Assembly (NCBI GenBank): GCA_036339465.1
Contig: JAYZAY010000001.1
Location: 22,707 to 86,706 of the forward strand
Direction of reading: 5' to 3'
Length of the DNA: 64,000 bases
DNA from: Myxococcota bacterium
GTDB lineage: Bacteria; Myxococcota; XYA12-FULL-58-9; JABJBS01
The translations under genes were made by a program, and so were the position numbers. Positions 10,437 to 20,023 of the stretch are shown here, in pieces (the stretch's first letter is position 1; the number at the start of each line of letters is the position of its first letter). The notes beneath the pieces are model-generated. The model searched no databases. It had not been told where the DNA came from and saw only the letters and a program-made list of their open reading frames with translations.

Positions 10437-10892
10437 CTATTTTTTCAATTCCACCAATACACGTCGCGCCTTAAAGACAGGCCGTTCCTTGGCGTCATTC
10501 GCCCGAGTTTCGATCACCAGAAATATCAATTGGCCATTTGGTACCCCCTTATCAAAGGCGTTCACCATCTTGTGAACCACCGAGATTTTGTCACCTACCA
10601 TGATCGGCCGGAAGTATTCGTACTCCTCTTCCTGGTGCATCATCGTATGGGGATTGATTCCCACGTCAGCGTAGAAGTTGTCGTAATCATGAAGAACCGC
10701 TGGAAACGTTAAGGGCGCGATAATCTTCGAGTATCCGCCTGCCTTGGCCGCTTCTTCCTCGAAGTGGATTGGGTTCACCTCGCCAATTGCCTTGGCAAAC
10801 CGGCGAATTTGGCCCTTTTCAATTTCAAAAGTCAAGACGCCGCTCGATTTGCCCATCATCTTACTTAAAACCGTCGATGTTGCCACTACCAA
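10437..10892 (-). CDS. MaoC N-terminal / FAS1-like dehydratase domain protein, HadA-like
   Basis: IEKGQIRRFAKAIGEVNPIH, APLTF, HQEEEYEYFRPI.VGD. Confidence 0.85.
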   Translation of the reverse strand: MVVATSTVLSKMMGKSSGVLTFEIEKGQIRRFAKAIGEVNPIHFEEEAAKAGGYSKIIAPLTFPAVLHDYDNFYADVGINPHTMMHQEEEYEYFRPIMVGDKISVVHKMVNAFDKGVPNGQLIFLVIETRANDAKERPVFKARRVLVELKK

Positions 10893-11842
10893 ATCAACTC
10901 CGCGTTATGGTTGGTCTTTTGATAACCGTTTAAGGAGACAAACTCAAGTTCTGGCTTCTGAACCATATTCTCAACAAGTCTCGTGAATGGATTTCGCCTC
11001 TGTACTCCTTCATCCTTGAATTGTCGAGCTAATCCGGGTCTTTCCCGAAAAATAGCCGAAATCCCTGCCTTCTAACTAACGCCCATGGGTTGGAGACAGA
11101 GCGACGGGTTGGTTCAGACTCCACCCAGCTATTTTTCTCATTTTTCGCCCCGGGCCTCGCAGTCCTTGTGCTTTTTCCGCTGATTGGCCGAGCACTTTTC
11201 TTCGTGGAGACATGTTTTGTGCGGTGTTTCCTGTCCTACACTCTGCTGCGTCCTCTCCGAAGACCCGCTCCTAGGGGCAAATCAAGCAGGTCGACGCCCC
11301 GCTGATTACGTGAGCGCTTGAGCCTCACTTGGGTATGAGGTTTTCAGCAACCGGGGAGGTCGTAGGCCGTGGTTTGGGTGAGTTCGTCCGCTTTACCTCG
11401 TACCGATCACATGCTCATTATCACCGCGTTTTATCCTCCGCACCAATCTTTTGGAGAGGTTCTCCACGCGAGAGTTATCAATGCCTGCCCGTTGGTTGCT
11501 GGCGCGCCACTGTCCCTTCCCGGTTTCTTCGTATCTTTAAGACATGAAAGACATTCCTCGCCAGTAATGAGGCTTTTCACCCACAATAGCGCTAAAGAGG
11601 CGCTAAGAATAATCCAAGAGCTGGGGCTGGCCGCCACCAGAGAATCAACGCCGCCCTGGGGCAGCGATGTCGATTCTCTACGACCCGGTATTTGGGAAAA
11701 AATCTTACGCGAAATTTCCAATTCCCCAGCCTGGATCTCTTGTACTTGGATCAAAACGCCAAAAGCAAGCCAACGTCTAGAACTCGCTCGCCCTGACGAC
11801 TTGACGGCAACAGCAACTATCTAGAATAGTATTAAGAACAAT

Positions 11843-13129
11843 ATGGAATTGCTCGCACTCATCAGTTCTCTGGTCCTCGTTTTCCTAAACGGCTTCTTCG
11901 TGGCCACTGAATTCGCAATTGTCAAGGTCCGATCGACCCGAGTCGAGGAACTTATCACGCAAAACAAGAAGGGCGCTAAGGGTATCCGCCACATGGTCAG
12001 TAATCTCGACAGCTACCTATCTGCCACTCAATTAGGTATTACCTTTGCCAGTTTAGGACTCGGTTCCATTGGAGAGCCAGCCTTTGCCAACCTTATCGAG
12101 CCTCAACTTACGAAACTGGGGTATGACAACCCTGTCTTACTCCATACGATCGCAGTTAGCTTTGCTTTTGCGATTATTTCTTTCATGCACATCGTTATCG
12201 GTGAACTTGCACCCAAGTCGCTGGCGATCGTCAAACCCGAATATGTGGCGGCCTTCGCCGCCTATCCGATGCGCATTTTTCATACCCTTTTCTATCCGTT
12301 TATTTATATTTTTAACGGGTTGGCTGGAATGCTCCTACGCTTGGTTGGGATCGATCCCCAAGACTATCAAAACAGCATCCATTCCGACGACGAGCTGCGC
12401 ATCATTTTATCCCAAGCCCGTAGCGGCGGCCTACTAAGTGAAACTCGTGCAAAACTACTTGAGAGAGCATTGGGAATTCGCAACAAAACCGCCCGTCACG
12501 TGTTGGTGCCAAGAAACGAGGTGGTCTTTCTTGACACGAACTTGAGTCACGAAGAAAATCTAGAGCGAATCCGGGAATCGCCCTACTCTTATTTCCCCCT
12601 TTGCGACCGCGAACTCGATCATTCCAAGGGTGTCATTCACATCCGTGATTTCCTGGAGGCAACGTGGTCAACAGGAGCGAGCCTCCTCGAATTTGCACGA
12701 CCGGTCACCTATTTACCTGAAACGATGACTGCGGATCGGCTTTTGACCGAATTCAATAATCGAAATATCTCCCTGGCCATTATTGTCGATGAATATGGTG
12801 GAGCCTCAGGAATTGTTACTGCCTCCGAATTAGTCGGTGAAATCATGGGAGACCTTCACCATGTCTGCGACTCAGACGTGGTAGAACTGGCCTCCGGGGC
12901 CTATGAAGTTGATGGTTCGGCCGAACTCGAAGAACTCGAAGAAACTTTGGGTGTCAGCTTCGACAAAACGAACATAACCACCATAGCCGGTTTCCTTATG
13001 CGGGAAATAGGACGGATGCCCAATACGGGTGATAGAATTCGCTGCCAGGGCCTACTCCTCCATGTAACGGCGGCCGATGGCCCCAAAGTACGGCGGGTAC
13101 GGATCCAGAAATTAAAGAAGAGACCCTGA
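11843..13129 (+). CDS. Hemolysin / CNNM (DUF21-CBS-CorC) family protein
   Basis: NGFFVATEFAIV, QLGIT, GELAPKS, VDEYGG, C-terminal CorC domain. Confidence 0.93.
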   Translation: MELLALISSLVLVFLNGFFVATEFAIVKVRSTRVEELITQNKKGAKGIRHMVSNLDSYLSATQLGITFASLGLGSIGEPAFANLIEPQLTKLGYDNPVLLHTIAVSFAFAIISFMHIVIGELAPKSLAIVKPEYVAAFAAYPMRIFHTLFYPFIYIFNGLAGMLLRLVGIDPQDYQNSIHSDDELRIILSQARSGGLLSETRAKLLERALGIRNKTARHVLVPRNEVVFLDTNLSHEENLERIRESPYSYFPLCDRELDHSKGVIHIRDFLEATWSTGASLLEFARPVTYLPETMTADRLLTEFNNRNISLAIIVDEYGGASGIVTASELVGEIMGDLHHVCDSDVVELASGAYEVDGSAELEELEETLGVSFDKTNITTIAGFLMREIGRMPNTGDRIRCQGLLLHVTAADGPKVRRVRIQKLKKRP

Positions 13130-13142
13130 CAATCAGGGATTT

Positions 13143-15620
13143 TTAGTTTGAAGGCGGTTGCTCTGCTATTTCGGGGGTCTTTTTACGCGACCGGTTCTTC
13201 TTTTTCAAAGGGACCACCGGCTTTGTGAGAGCCGAGCCCAGTACGTCTTCAATTCGTTTTGCGAATATAAACTCGACTCCTTCGAGGTTTTCTTCGGGAA
13301 TCTCAATCAAATCCTTCTCGCACCGCTCAGGAATTATGATGCGTGTGACCCCGGCGCGCTTGGCGGCTAGAACCTTTTCCTTGATTCCCCCTACAGCCAG
13401 CACATTGCCCCTCAGGGTAATTTCTCCGGTCATGGCAACATCGGCCCTAACTTTGATGTCGGTCAGTAAAGACACCAACGCGGTTAGCATCGTCACCCCG
13501 GCTGAAGGCCCATCTTTAGGAATACCTCCTGCAGGCACATGGATATGGAGATCCGTGTCTTTAAAGATCCCTTCATCAATCCCCCACAAAGCTGAATTAG
13601 AACGGACCAGTGACATCGCCGCTTGAGCCGACTCTTTCATCACATCACCAAGCTTGCCCGTGAGAATTAGCCCACCCTTACCCTGCATTTTAGTCGCTTC
13701 GATAAAAAGGATATCCCCGCCGACTGCGGTCCAAGCCAGGCCCGTTGCTACCCCGGTAACGTCTGTCCGTTGGGCCATTTCATTGAGGAATTTCTTTGGC
13801 CCTAATATTCTATGGACGTCGGAAGGCTTCACTTCTCGCTCATTTCGCTTCCCATCCACGTAGTCCACAGCCAAATTCCTGCATACGCTCGCAATTTCTC
13901 TCTTGAGATTTCGAACGCCTGCCTCCCGTGTATAGGAGGTAATCATTTCCTTGAGCGCTTCAGGTGTAAACTCCACATCCTTGCTTTTTAAGCCATGTTC
14001 AGAAACTGCTTTGGGAATAAGGTGGCGGTCACCAATCTCGATTTTCTCTTCGACGGTATACCCGGAGACCTCGAGTACCTCCAAACGGTCTCTAAGTGCC
14101 GGTGGGATTGGCTCCAACTGATTTGCTGTTGCGATAAAAAAACATTTTGAGAGATCGAACGACACATCGATATAGTGGTCGGAGAAAGTGTGGTTCTGCT
14201 CGGGGTCCAGCACCTCCAAGAGTGCAGAAGCAGGATCCCCGCGGAAATCACTGGCTAGCTTATCAACCTCGTCCAAAACAAAAACAGGATTATTGGTACC
14301 AGCTTTTTTAATCCCCTGTAACACCCGGCCGGGCATAGAGCCGACATAAGTTCGACGGTGACCTCGAATTTCCGCTTCATCGCGCACACCACCCATGGCC
14401 ACCCGAACGAATTTTCTACCCATGGCCGTGGCAATACTTTGACCAAGTGACGTTTTGCCGGTACCCGGCGGTCCAACCAAGCAAAGGATGGGCCCTTTCA
14501 TATCACTTTTGAGCTTTCTAACTGCCAGGAACTCTACAATTCTCTGTTTGATTTTTTCCAGGCCAAAATGTTCGGCGCCAAGAATCCCACGGACTTCCTC
14601 TAGGTTGATCTTGTCATCGGAAGACTTGCTCCACGGTAAATCACATAGCCATTCGACGTAGGTACGTGAAACAGTGTATTCCGCCTGAGAAGGACTCATA
14701 TTTCGCAGTCTTCGCAATTCCTTCCTCGCTGCTTTCTCGGCTTCGTCGGGAAGTTTTGCTTCCACAACCCTCTTTTCCAAATCCGCAAGATCTTCGTCGC
14801 CGTCCTCCCCTTCGCCGAGTTCTTCCTTAATGGCCTTGAGCTGCTGCCGAAGGTAGTATTCACGTTGAGTCTTCGACATCTCCCCCTTTACATGGGTACT
14901 TATTTTATTCGACAACTTCAGAACCTCGAGCTGCCGTGACAAGAATTCCAAAACCCTTCTCATTCTGGAAACCAGTTCCGCCGTCTCCAAAACACTCTGC
15001 TTTTCATCAACGGTTGCATCGACATTCGAGGCAATCAAATCCGCTAATACACTCGCATCTTCCACCCGCTCTAGAAGTTCGGCCGCTGATGGCGGAAGTT
15101 CTGGAATGAGTCGAAGAACTTCACGCGCGGTTTTCTTGAGGCTCATGGTGAGTGCCTCAACTTCAACCTGGCTCGAAGCCAGGTCGTCCACCGCAGAAAT
15201 TCTCGCCTTTAGATAGGGGATGCTTTGCGTATATTCATTGAGTCTTACGCGAGACAACCCCTGTACAACGACGGAAAAGTTATCTTTAGACGCTTTCACC
15301 AGTTTCACTAATCGGGCCGCACAGCCAATAGTGTAAAGATCGGTGGAGAGAGGATCATCAACGTCAGGATCCCGTTGCGCCACAACGGTTACGAGGCCAT
15401 TTTCTTTAATTCCTTCCTCTACCAAACGAACGGTTTTAGGCCGACCGATTCCCAATGGAACAATGGAACCAGGAAAAAGAACGGTATTCCGCAAAGTTAG
15501 AACAGGGAGTTCGTCTGGGATCAACACCAATTCATCATCGGAACCCGTCTTGGTTAATGCGTGCTCGATGCTACCAATATTACTGAATAATTCGTCTTCA
15601 GGCTTCTTAGGATCTGACAT
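13143..15620 (-). CDS. lon: ATP-dependent protease La
   Basis: GPPGTGKTS, RGHRRTYVGSMPG, LDEVDK, PKDGPSAG, GGIKEK. Confidence 0.97.
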   Translation of the reverse strand: MSDPKKPEDELFSNIGSIEHALTKTGSDDELVLIPDELPVLTLRNTVLFPGSIVPLGIGRPKTVRLVEEGIKENGLVTVVAQRDPDVDDPLSTDLYTIGCAARLVKLVKASKDNFSVVVQGLSRVRLNEYTQSIPYLKARISAVDDLASSQVEVEALTMSLKKTAREVLRLIPELPPSAAELLERVEDASVLADLIASNVDATVDEKQSVLETAELVSRMRRVLEFLSRQLEVLKLSNKISTHVKGEMSKTQREYYLRQQLKAIKEELGEGEDGDEDLADLEKRVVEAKLPDEAEKAARKELRRLRNMSPSQAEYTVSRTYVEWLCDLPWSKSSDDKINLEEVRGILGAEHFGLEKIKQRIVEFLAVRKLKSDMKGPILCLVGPPGTGKTSLGQSIATAMGRKFVRVAMGGVRDEAEIRGHRRTYVGSMPGRVLQGIKKAGTNNPVFVLDEVDKLASDFRGDPASALLEVLDPEQNHTFSDHYIDVSFDLSKCFFIATANQLEPIPPALRDRLEVLEVSGYTVEEKIEIGDRHLIPKAVSEHGLKSKDVEFTPEALKEMITSYTREAGVRNLKREIASVCRNLAVDYVDGKRNEREVKPSDVHRILGPKKFLNEMAQRTDVTGVATGLAWTAVGGDILFIEATKMQGKGGLILTGKLGDVMKESAQAAMSLVRSNSALWGIDEGIFKDTDLHIHVPAGGIPKDGPSAGVTMLTALVSLLTDIKVRADVAMTGEITLRGNVLAVGGIKEKVLAAKRAGVTRIIIPERCEKDLIEIPEENLEGVEFIFAKRIEDVLGSALTKPVVPLKKKNRSRKKTPEIAEQPPSN

Positions 15621-15868
15621 TAATTACTTCCAACATGTTTGAACATTAAACAGGGGACCTCATCAAGCGGCCCCCGCCTTACCGTACCCAAAATAAGTCT
15701 AACTATACTTTATCTCGCGAAATTGAAGAAAAGCCAATTCCAACGAGAAAGTATTAATTAAAACGCAATATTTACAGGTACTTATGCATTCATAAACAAG
15801 GAGGTGGGAACTAAAGAGAGATTTCGGCAGGCCCCCGTGCGAAGGCGACCTAGCGCCGAGAACTGAAA

Positions 15869-18019
15869 TTACTCAACAGGGACGCAGGCACGTACCTGCA
15901 ATGCTACTTGGTCTTCGTTAAGTTCAAGGCTCTGAAGATCTGGACCACTCACCAAAGCTTCGTCCGAACATACGGTTGAACGAGCACAATCATCGTCGGT
16001 TCCACAAGAAGCAAGGCATCGGCCAGAGTCCATACAAATACCGGACTGACAAGCGTTGTCTCTAGAACAGAAGTCTGCCCCTGGTGCGTCGCCTACAGAG
16101 CCCTTACAAACGAAGGTAACATCACAATTATCCAAAAAATGCTTTCTAGGCTGACATGACTCATGGGCCGCACAAGCGGCGTCGTTCGGACAAACCGTAA
16201 GTTGTGAAAGAGCATAAACCCCCGATTCAAATTCCGGTCGAACGGCTCCGCCAAACGTCCACTGCCCAGTAGCCTCACCGACAAGCTCGTCGGTTTTCAT
16301 GTCCATGTCCTTGTCCTCCAGCTTACCGGTGAATTCCATCGTCCAAAAGCCTTCACTGTTGTTCTCGCCATTCATTTCGAGTTCAGTACCATCGAACATG
16401 ATTGCATTGAGACGGTCTTCGAACTGCTGCTCAGCTTGTTCTAGAGCTAGGCGGCAAAGTTCCGAACCTACTTGCTGTTGGATAGCATTATTCGTGCTTC
16501 GAGCGATGAAAGAACCAAAACGCTCACACCCACAATCAGCCGTGGTCGCGCCACAGGCGTAAGGTGCTGTGGCCGTGTCTTCACAACCCATGATGCTTTC
16601 AAGGGCACAACTGAAACTATCCTGGCCGGTAAGCGACTTTAAAATCACTTTATTGATGATGACCAAGAGCAGGTTCCCTACTTTTAGAGAAAGGTCGTGA
16701 CGATCAACGGTGATGTCCATGGTCAGACGTCGGGCGGACGTATCATCCGTTAATGGGGTACGAACCACGGAACCGGTGAAGTCACTTGCGACAGGTTCAA
16801 AGCCCAGTTCGTCACCGGAATAAACAGTTCGACCACAACAGCTATTAAAGGGGTCACACTCAAGCTTATGTCTCCATCGAAAGAGGAAGCTGTCCCAACC
16901 CCAATTGCCAGTGAAGGAACCGGTTTCGGCGTCAACCGCACCAATCGTCATATCTCCACCCACTTGGATATCCGTCAGAAGATCTGTAATGTCGTCACCC
17001 ACTCTAAAGGTTTCCTGCAACCATTCTGGGGAGTTTGTGGCAATAATATCGTCGACGACCCTGTCAATCGGAATCGCCCCTAAAATGCTATCAATTGTGG
17101 AACCAGTACCTGCACCAGCTACCCCCGCGGCAGTGAGACCCTGAACAAGCGCATCCACCAATGCCCCCGTAGGACTCTCAAAAAAGTCGCTAATAAGACC
17201 GATGATTTGGTCACCCGGTTCGGGAATGGCGGTATGAAGATGCAACTCAGTGGAAAAATCATACTCTCCCGAAACTGATAAGGGGAGTAGATTTAGGTCC
17301 ACCTCCACAGTCAGCTGCCGCCGGCCCGGAATCACAATATCGTTTTTACAGCCTGTGGCGACCATCTCTCCTGTGGGGCCTGTTGCCGTGATGGTTGCAG
17401 TCAACTTTCTACCTTCTTCTAATCCAGAGAAAACTGCGGCCGACCTTACGTTTGCGATAGTTTCCAGGTCGATTACCCGGGGAAGCTGGCTAAAATCCAA
17501 AATAGCACAATCCAAGACGGTATTATGCAATCGAACAGTAATGTTTGAGAGTGGCACCGCATCGAGATACTTTGGCTTGACCTTGAGGTCACTTTCGTAT
17601 TTATCAACAACCGCAATGTTCACTATTCTCTTCACTTCCGAGCCATCCTCATTGAGGGTGGAAACGACCAACTGGACGCTCCGCCGCTCGGTTCCCGCGG
17701 TTAGAACAACCTGAGCGCGCCCATCTTGGCCGGTGGTCGCAGAAAAGGCGGAAAGACTGGAACCCCCATTTGGCCTGGTAATCGAAAATTTTACGGGGCG
17801 ATCTGGCACCGCGATATTGTCGGCTTCATAGAGTACTTTCGCCTTAATCGGACTCGATTCCTGAAACTTCAATTGAAGTGACTCTGGGCTCTCTAAAATC
17901 AAGATAACTGGCGCGTCAGGAAGAAGGCCTTCCGCCTTGCTGTCACTCAGAACGTCTTTTTCCGAACACGCTGCAGAAAAGAGCGCCAGGAGAACCATAC
18001 ATACACTTAATTTTTTCAT
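15869..18019 (-). CDS. Large putative lipoprotein with an Ig-like N-terminal region and Cys-rich C-terminal repeats
   Basis: Lipobox-like FSAAC; beta-rich invasin/Big-like segment (TTGQDGRAQVVLTAG); CxxDxxC repeats at the C-terminus. Confidence 0.7.
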   Translation of the reverse strand: MKKLSVCMVLLALFSAACSEKDVLSDSKAEGLLPDAPVILILESPESLQLKFQESSPIKAKVLYEADNIAVPDRPVKFSITRPNGGSSLSAFSATTGQDGRAQVVLTAGTERRSVQLVVSTLNEDGSEVKRIVNIAVVDKYESDLKVKPKYLDAVPLSNITVRLHNTVLDCAILDFSQLPRVIDLETIANVRSAAVFSGLEEGRKLTATITATGPTGEMVATGCKNDIVIPGRRQLTVEVDLNLLPLSVSGEYDFSTELHLHTAIPEPGDQIIGLISDFFESPTGALVDALVQGLTAAGVAGAGTGSTIDSILGAIPIDRVVDDIIATNSPEWLQETFRVGDDITDLLTDIQVGGDMTIGAVDAETGSFTGNWGWDSFLFRWRHKLECDPFNSCCGRTVYSGDELGFEPVASDFTGSVVRTPLTDDTSARRLTMDITVDRHDLSLKVGNLLLVIINKVILKSLTGQDSFSCALESIMGCEDTATAPYACGATTADCGCERFGSFIARSTNNAIQQQVGSELCRLALEQAEQQFEDRLNAIMFDGTELEMNGENNSEGFWTMEFTGKLEDKDMDMKTDELVGEATGQWTFGGAVRPEFESGVYALSQLTVCPNDAACAAHESCQPRKHFLDNCDVTFVCKGSVGDAPGADFCSRDNACQSGICMDSGRCLASCGTDDDCARSTVCSDEALVSGPDLQSLELNEDQVALQVRACVPVE

Positions 18020-18445
18020 CTTGCTGCCTCAGTCTAAGACCATCCCCCCCCGGGTACGATCAGGTGCTACGAATTCCGACACGGTGGTTTTTGCCTGCTT
18101 CTTCCAGAGGTTGCAGATAAATTCAACACAAATAAAATCTATTTAATGATCAAAAAACTCATTTTTGACACGAGGCGCCAGAAATAGGCTGCAAGCCGCC
18201 ATTTCGTTGATAAAATGATATGTTTTGGCCGAAGGGATTTCCCCTTCGTAGGTCCTAATATATATTCAAACGATCATATTCTTCTCAGGAATTCACAGAT
18301 TCTAATTGACTGCCCCTTCAGAACCGTATCCTAAGGAGATTGTGTAGCACATGACCTTCAACCTCTGACGAACGTTGAAAGCCATCATCGAGGCTACAGA
18401 AAACCTAGCTTTGAGCATTGTTATGACGTGGAGGCAAATTAAAAA

Positions 18446-18748
18446 ATGAGCCGCATAAACAACAGTAGTAATCCTAGTTCCCCTCTTCCCTTTAGCTGTG
18501 CACCCGCCGATGAAAAGGAAGGCGAATTCGACAGTTATGATGACGATGACGAATACGACGAATACGCGGATGAGGACGATGACGGCTACGACGAATACGA
18601 AGAAAGATTCTCAGGCAAGGAATCAGCCGCCGATTTTGACGCCTTCGCTAACGATGACCCAGATCCCGAAGACAGCGAAGATGATGATGACGTAATCACC
18701 ACTACAGATAACGAAAAATTTGATGACGAGGAAGAAGATCTCTTTTAA
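18446..18748 (+). CDS. Small, highly acidic hypothetical protein
   Basis: 42 of 100 residues are D/E; GGAGG upstream; strong GAY/GAR codon periodicity. Confidence 0.65.
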   Translation: MSRINNSSNPSSPLPFSCAPADEKEGEFDSYDDDDEYDEYADEDDDGYDEYEERFSGKESAADFDAFANDDPDPEDSEDDDDVITTTDNEKFDDEEEDLF

Positions 18749-18906
18749 TGAAGTTCCATCATTGAGTTCGATTTCTCAGGGGAGCCCTGTCGCCTCACGC
18801 CTGCTTTGCCTTTTTGGCATTCCCTTACAGGACGATAGAACGGTTGGGAGTCAAGGAACTGGGGCGTCCTCCGGTAAGCCCATTCGTTTATAATAAGGAA
18901 CTAGCA

Positions 18907-19965
18907 ATGCTGAAAAAAATAATCGCCCACATTTCTTACTTAATGGTGCCCTTAAGCTGCCTAACATACATGGGTTGCGGTCAAGATACCTTTCAACAAG
19001 GTTTTCAGCCAGACGCAATCGTCCCCGCCGAGGTTAATCTAGGCCCTGCATACCCGGTAAAACCAGGCGATAATCGTTGGTACAGCTTCACCGGTGAAGT
19101 ACGGTCATCTGATGCGGAGGCGAACGCCAACGCAGAAACTGGCTTTAATAGTTACGTCTGCATTATGGTCGACAAAGTTCTCGACACAAACACGGAAACC
19201 TACCAAAGTAGCGCGCAAACTTTGGTCGAGGGAAGGGTCAAGATGTCGGGTTTGAATGGTGCCATGACGCCCTTCACAAAGAAGGCAGGGAGCGCAGCAT
19301 CCGCTGCTGATATCGAGCCCGACTTGCAGGATTTGCTGCTTAAGAAAATGATCCTTCCGGACTTAACCAATCCCGATTTTCAAACACCTTCAAAAGTGAC
19401 CTTCTCCACCCAGGCTGAATCCGTACCCGGCGCAGCTTCAGTACTCGAAAGCCTATTTTTTACAGACCCTCGAGAAACAGAGCGGCAAAAATGGGGCGGC
19501 TGGAATTCTCCTAATCCCGATGTCGAATCCTTTGAAACCATCGTCAAGAACGGCTTCAGCACCGAATTCACCCCTGAATTCATCAGGGACAACACAAAAT
19601 TCAAGGCTCAATTCAAGGCGCCTTTGGGAACCTGTAGTGACAAGACTGATGCCATCGCGTGTGCTGCAGCCTCCTGTAACTGGGGACAAAATGGATGTGA
19701 AAAACTGTTTCAGGCCAGGGTTGTTTGGAGAACCACCACTGTTGCAGGCGTCTCGGCCATTCACCAGATCAAACTCGAATATTCCAACAATGGCATTCTG
19801 AACTCTGCCGTTGAGTGGGTTCTACCGGTTTCACCAACCCAGATAGACGGCCCGGTACCGAGTGAAATTCGGGACTGTACGGATGGATGTATCTCTGCAA
19901 GCCTCGTCAGTTACGATAGTTTTTTTAGCAATCCTGATTTTAGTGCAGGTTGTGCGTTTGAATAG
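18907..19965 (+). CDS. Putative Cys-containing lipoprotein, hypothetical
   Basis: Start MLKKII after AAGGA; lipobox-like YMGC; paired Cys near the C-terminus. Confidence 0.65.
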   Translation: MLKKIIAHISYLMVPLSCLTYMGCGQDTFQQGFQPDAIVPAEVNLGPAYPVKPGDNRWYSFTGEVRSSDAEANANAETGFNSYVCIMVDKVLDTNTETYQSSAQTLVEGRVKMSGLNGAMTPFTKKAGSAASAADIEPDLQDLLLKKMILPDLTNPDFQTPSKVTFSTQAESVPGAASVLESLFFTDPRETERQKWGGWNSPNPDVESFETIVKNGFSTEFTPEFIRDNTKFKAQFKAPLGTCSDKTDAIACAAASCNWGQNGCEKLFQARVVWRTTTVAGVSAIHQIKLEYSNNGILNSAVEWVLPVSPTQIDGPVPSEIRDCTDGCISASLVSYDSFFSNPDFSAGCAFE

Positions 19966-20023
19966 CCATAGCAGGTTTTTTGACACTTTCGTATTTTATT
20001 AGGAATCATAGTAAGCTTCACCG

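Noticed and set aside
11500..11525. GCCACTG and GGGAAG as a cobalamin riboswitch B12 box
   Set aside because: The two elements are on opposite strands and the rest of the consensus is absent
11369..11824. 151-aa (+) and 107-aa (-) ORFs in the intergenic gap
   Set aside because: No clear SD or motif, and they are mutually antisense; not supportable as genes
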